Shown here: positions 63,352 to 64,000 of the stretch, one piece after another
Numbering within the stretch: position 1 is the stretch's first letter
Layout: the number at the start of each line of letters is the position of its first letter
Assembly: GCA_021413905.1 (NCBI GenBank)
Contig: JAIOPO010000004.1
Coordinates: 1,597 to 65,596, forward strand
Direction: 5' to 3'
DNA length: 64,000 bases
Source of the DNA: Candidatus Nomurabacteria bacterium
GTDB taxonomy: Bacteria; Patescibacteriota; Minisyncoccia; Phycocordibacterales; UBA9973
Made by a program: the position numbers and the translations under genes
Notes under the pieces: model-generated
Told to the model about the DNA's origin: nothing
The model's database searches: none
Seen by the model: only the letters and a program-made list of their open reading frames with translations

Positions 63352-64000
63352 ATGAATATAAAAATAAACAAATTACCAAAAAGTGAAGTGGAAATAGACG
63401 GCGAACTAAATGCTGATATTTTTGAAAGTTATTACGAAAAAGCTTTAAAACACTTAGGTGAACACGTAGAAATAGATGGATTCAGAAAAGGAAAAGCACC
63501 AGAAAATGTGTTAATTTCTAAAATACCTGAAATAAAAATATTGGAAGAAATGGCGGAAATGGCATTAGGTGAACATTACCCAAAAATATTGGAAGAAAAC
63601 AAAATAGATGCTATTGGCAATCCTCAAATTTCTATCATCAAACTTGCTCGCAAAAACCCTTTGGCTTTTAAAATAAAGACAGCTGTAATACCGGAAATAA
63701 AACTCCCTGAATACAAAAAACTCGCAAAAAAAATAATGTCTGAAAAAAACGAAGGAGGGAAAGATCTTGAAGTTACAGATGAAGATGTTGAAAATACTAT
63801 TATGGATATCCGTAAATCTCGCGCACCAAAGAAACACATGACTGAAGCTCACACCCATGAAGACGGCACAGTACACACACCCACTGAAGAAGAAAAAAAT
63901 ACCGAACCAGAACTTCCTGAATTCAATGACGAATTTGTGCAAGCGCTTGGACCCTTTGAAAATGTAGAAGATTTTAAAATAAAACTTCGCGAAAATATAA
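63352..64000 (+). CDS. tig: Trigger factor (N-terminal part; runs off the window end)
   Basis: My own translation gives MNIKINKLPKSEVEIDGELNADIFESYYEKALKHLGEHVEIDGFRKGKAPENVL... The GFRKGKAP signature is typical of the trigger-factor ribosome-binding domain. The frame stays open to 64000. Confidence 0.85.
   Translation, partial: MNIKINKLPKSEVEIDGELNADIFESYYEKALKHLGEHVEIDGFRKGKAPENVLISKIPEIKILEEMAEMALGEHYPKILEENKIDAIGNPQISIIKLARKNPLAFKIKTAVIPEIKLPEYKKLAKKIMSEKNEGGKDLEVTDEDVENTIMDIRKSRAPKKHMTEAHTHEDGTVHTPTEEEKNTEPELPEFNDEFVQALGPFENVEDFKIKLRENI

Noticed and set aside
1-64000. I looked for tRNA, rRNA, tmRNA, RNase P, transposase, integrase and prophage genes.
   Set aside because: By eye I found no cloverleaf-like GC-rich segments of about 75 nt with TTCGAAT-type T-loops in the intergenic regions. 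No rRNA-like conserved blocks are present, and no ORF has DDE, tyrosine or serine recombinase motifs. A tRNAscan or Infernal run would be needed to make this negative result firm.

Overview
The window is AT-rich, tightly packed and mostly transcribed from the minus strand. Its content looks like a small-genome, CPR/Patescibacteria-like (Parcubacteria-type) bacterium. I infer this from many short housekeeping genes, missing Shine-Dalgarno sites, ComEC/RecJ/RecA/RecO DNA-uptake and repair genes, and large Thr/Ser-rich surface proteins. I cannot confirm the taxonomy without a database search. Housekeeping genes include rplJ-rplL, ftsK, recA, efp, rpsF-ssb-rpsR, tatD, metG, glyQS, ileS, argS, recO, dut, tmk, glyA, sod, comEC, rnhA, recJ, pgk, tpiA, nusA, ppa and the 5' part of tig. 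Accessory content has five main parts. (1) A complete diversity-generating retroelement (DGR) lies at 52.2-54.7 kb. It has an RT, an Avd-like gene, a 111-bp TR/VR pair with adenine-specific mismatches, and a foreign-looking, higher-GC target gene. (2) A cyclodipeptide synthase is translationally adjacent to glycyl-tRNA synthetase. Next to it is an orphan Cas2-like gene bracketed by a 20-bp palindrome. (3) The ileS gene carries a full histidine-phosphatase domain inserted in its catalytic core. (4) Two in-frame copies of a GC-rich hairpin element sit inside recJ. (5) A 10-kb glycan assembly locus (priming transferase, three GT4 enzymes, flippase, epimerase, Wzy_C-family protein) abuts a 1093-aa PG-binding surface protein. 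By eye I found no rRNA, tRNA, CRISPR array, transposase or integrase. All alignments, counts and GC estimates here were made by hand and need computational confirmation.
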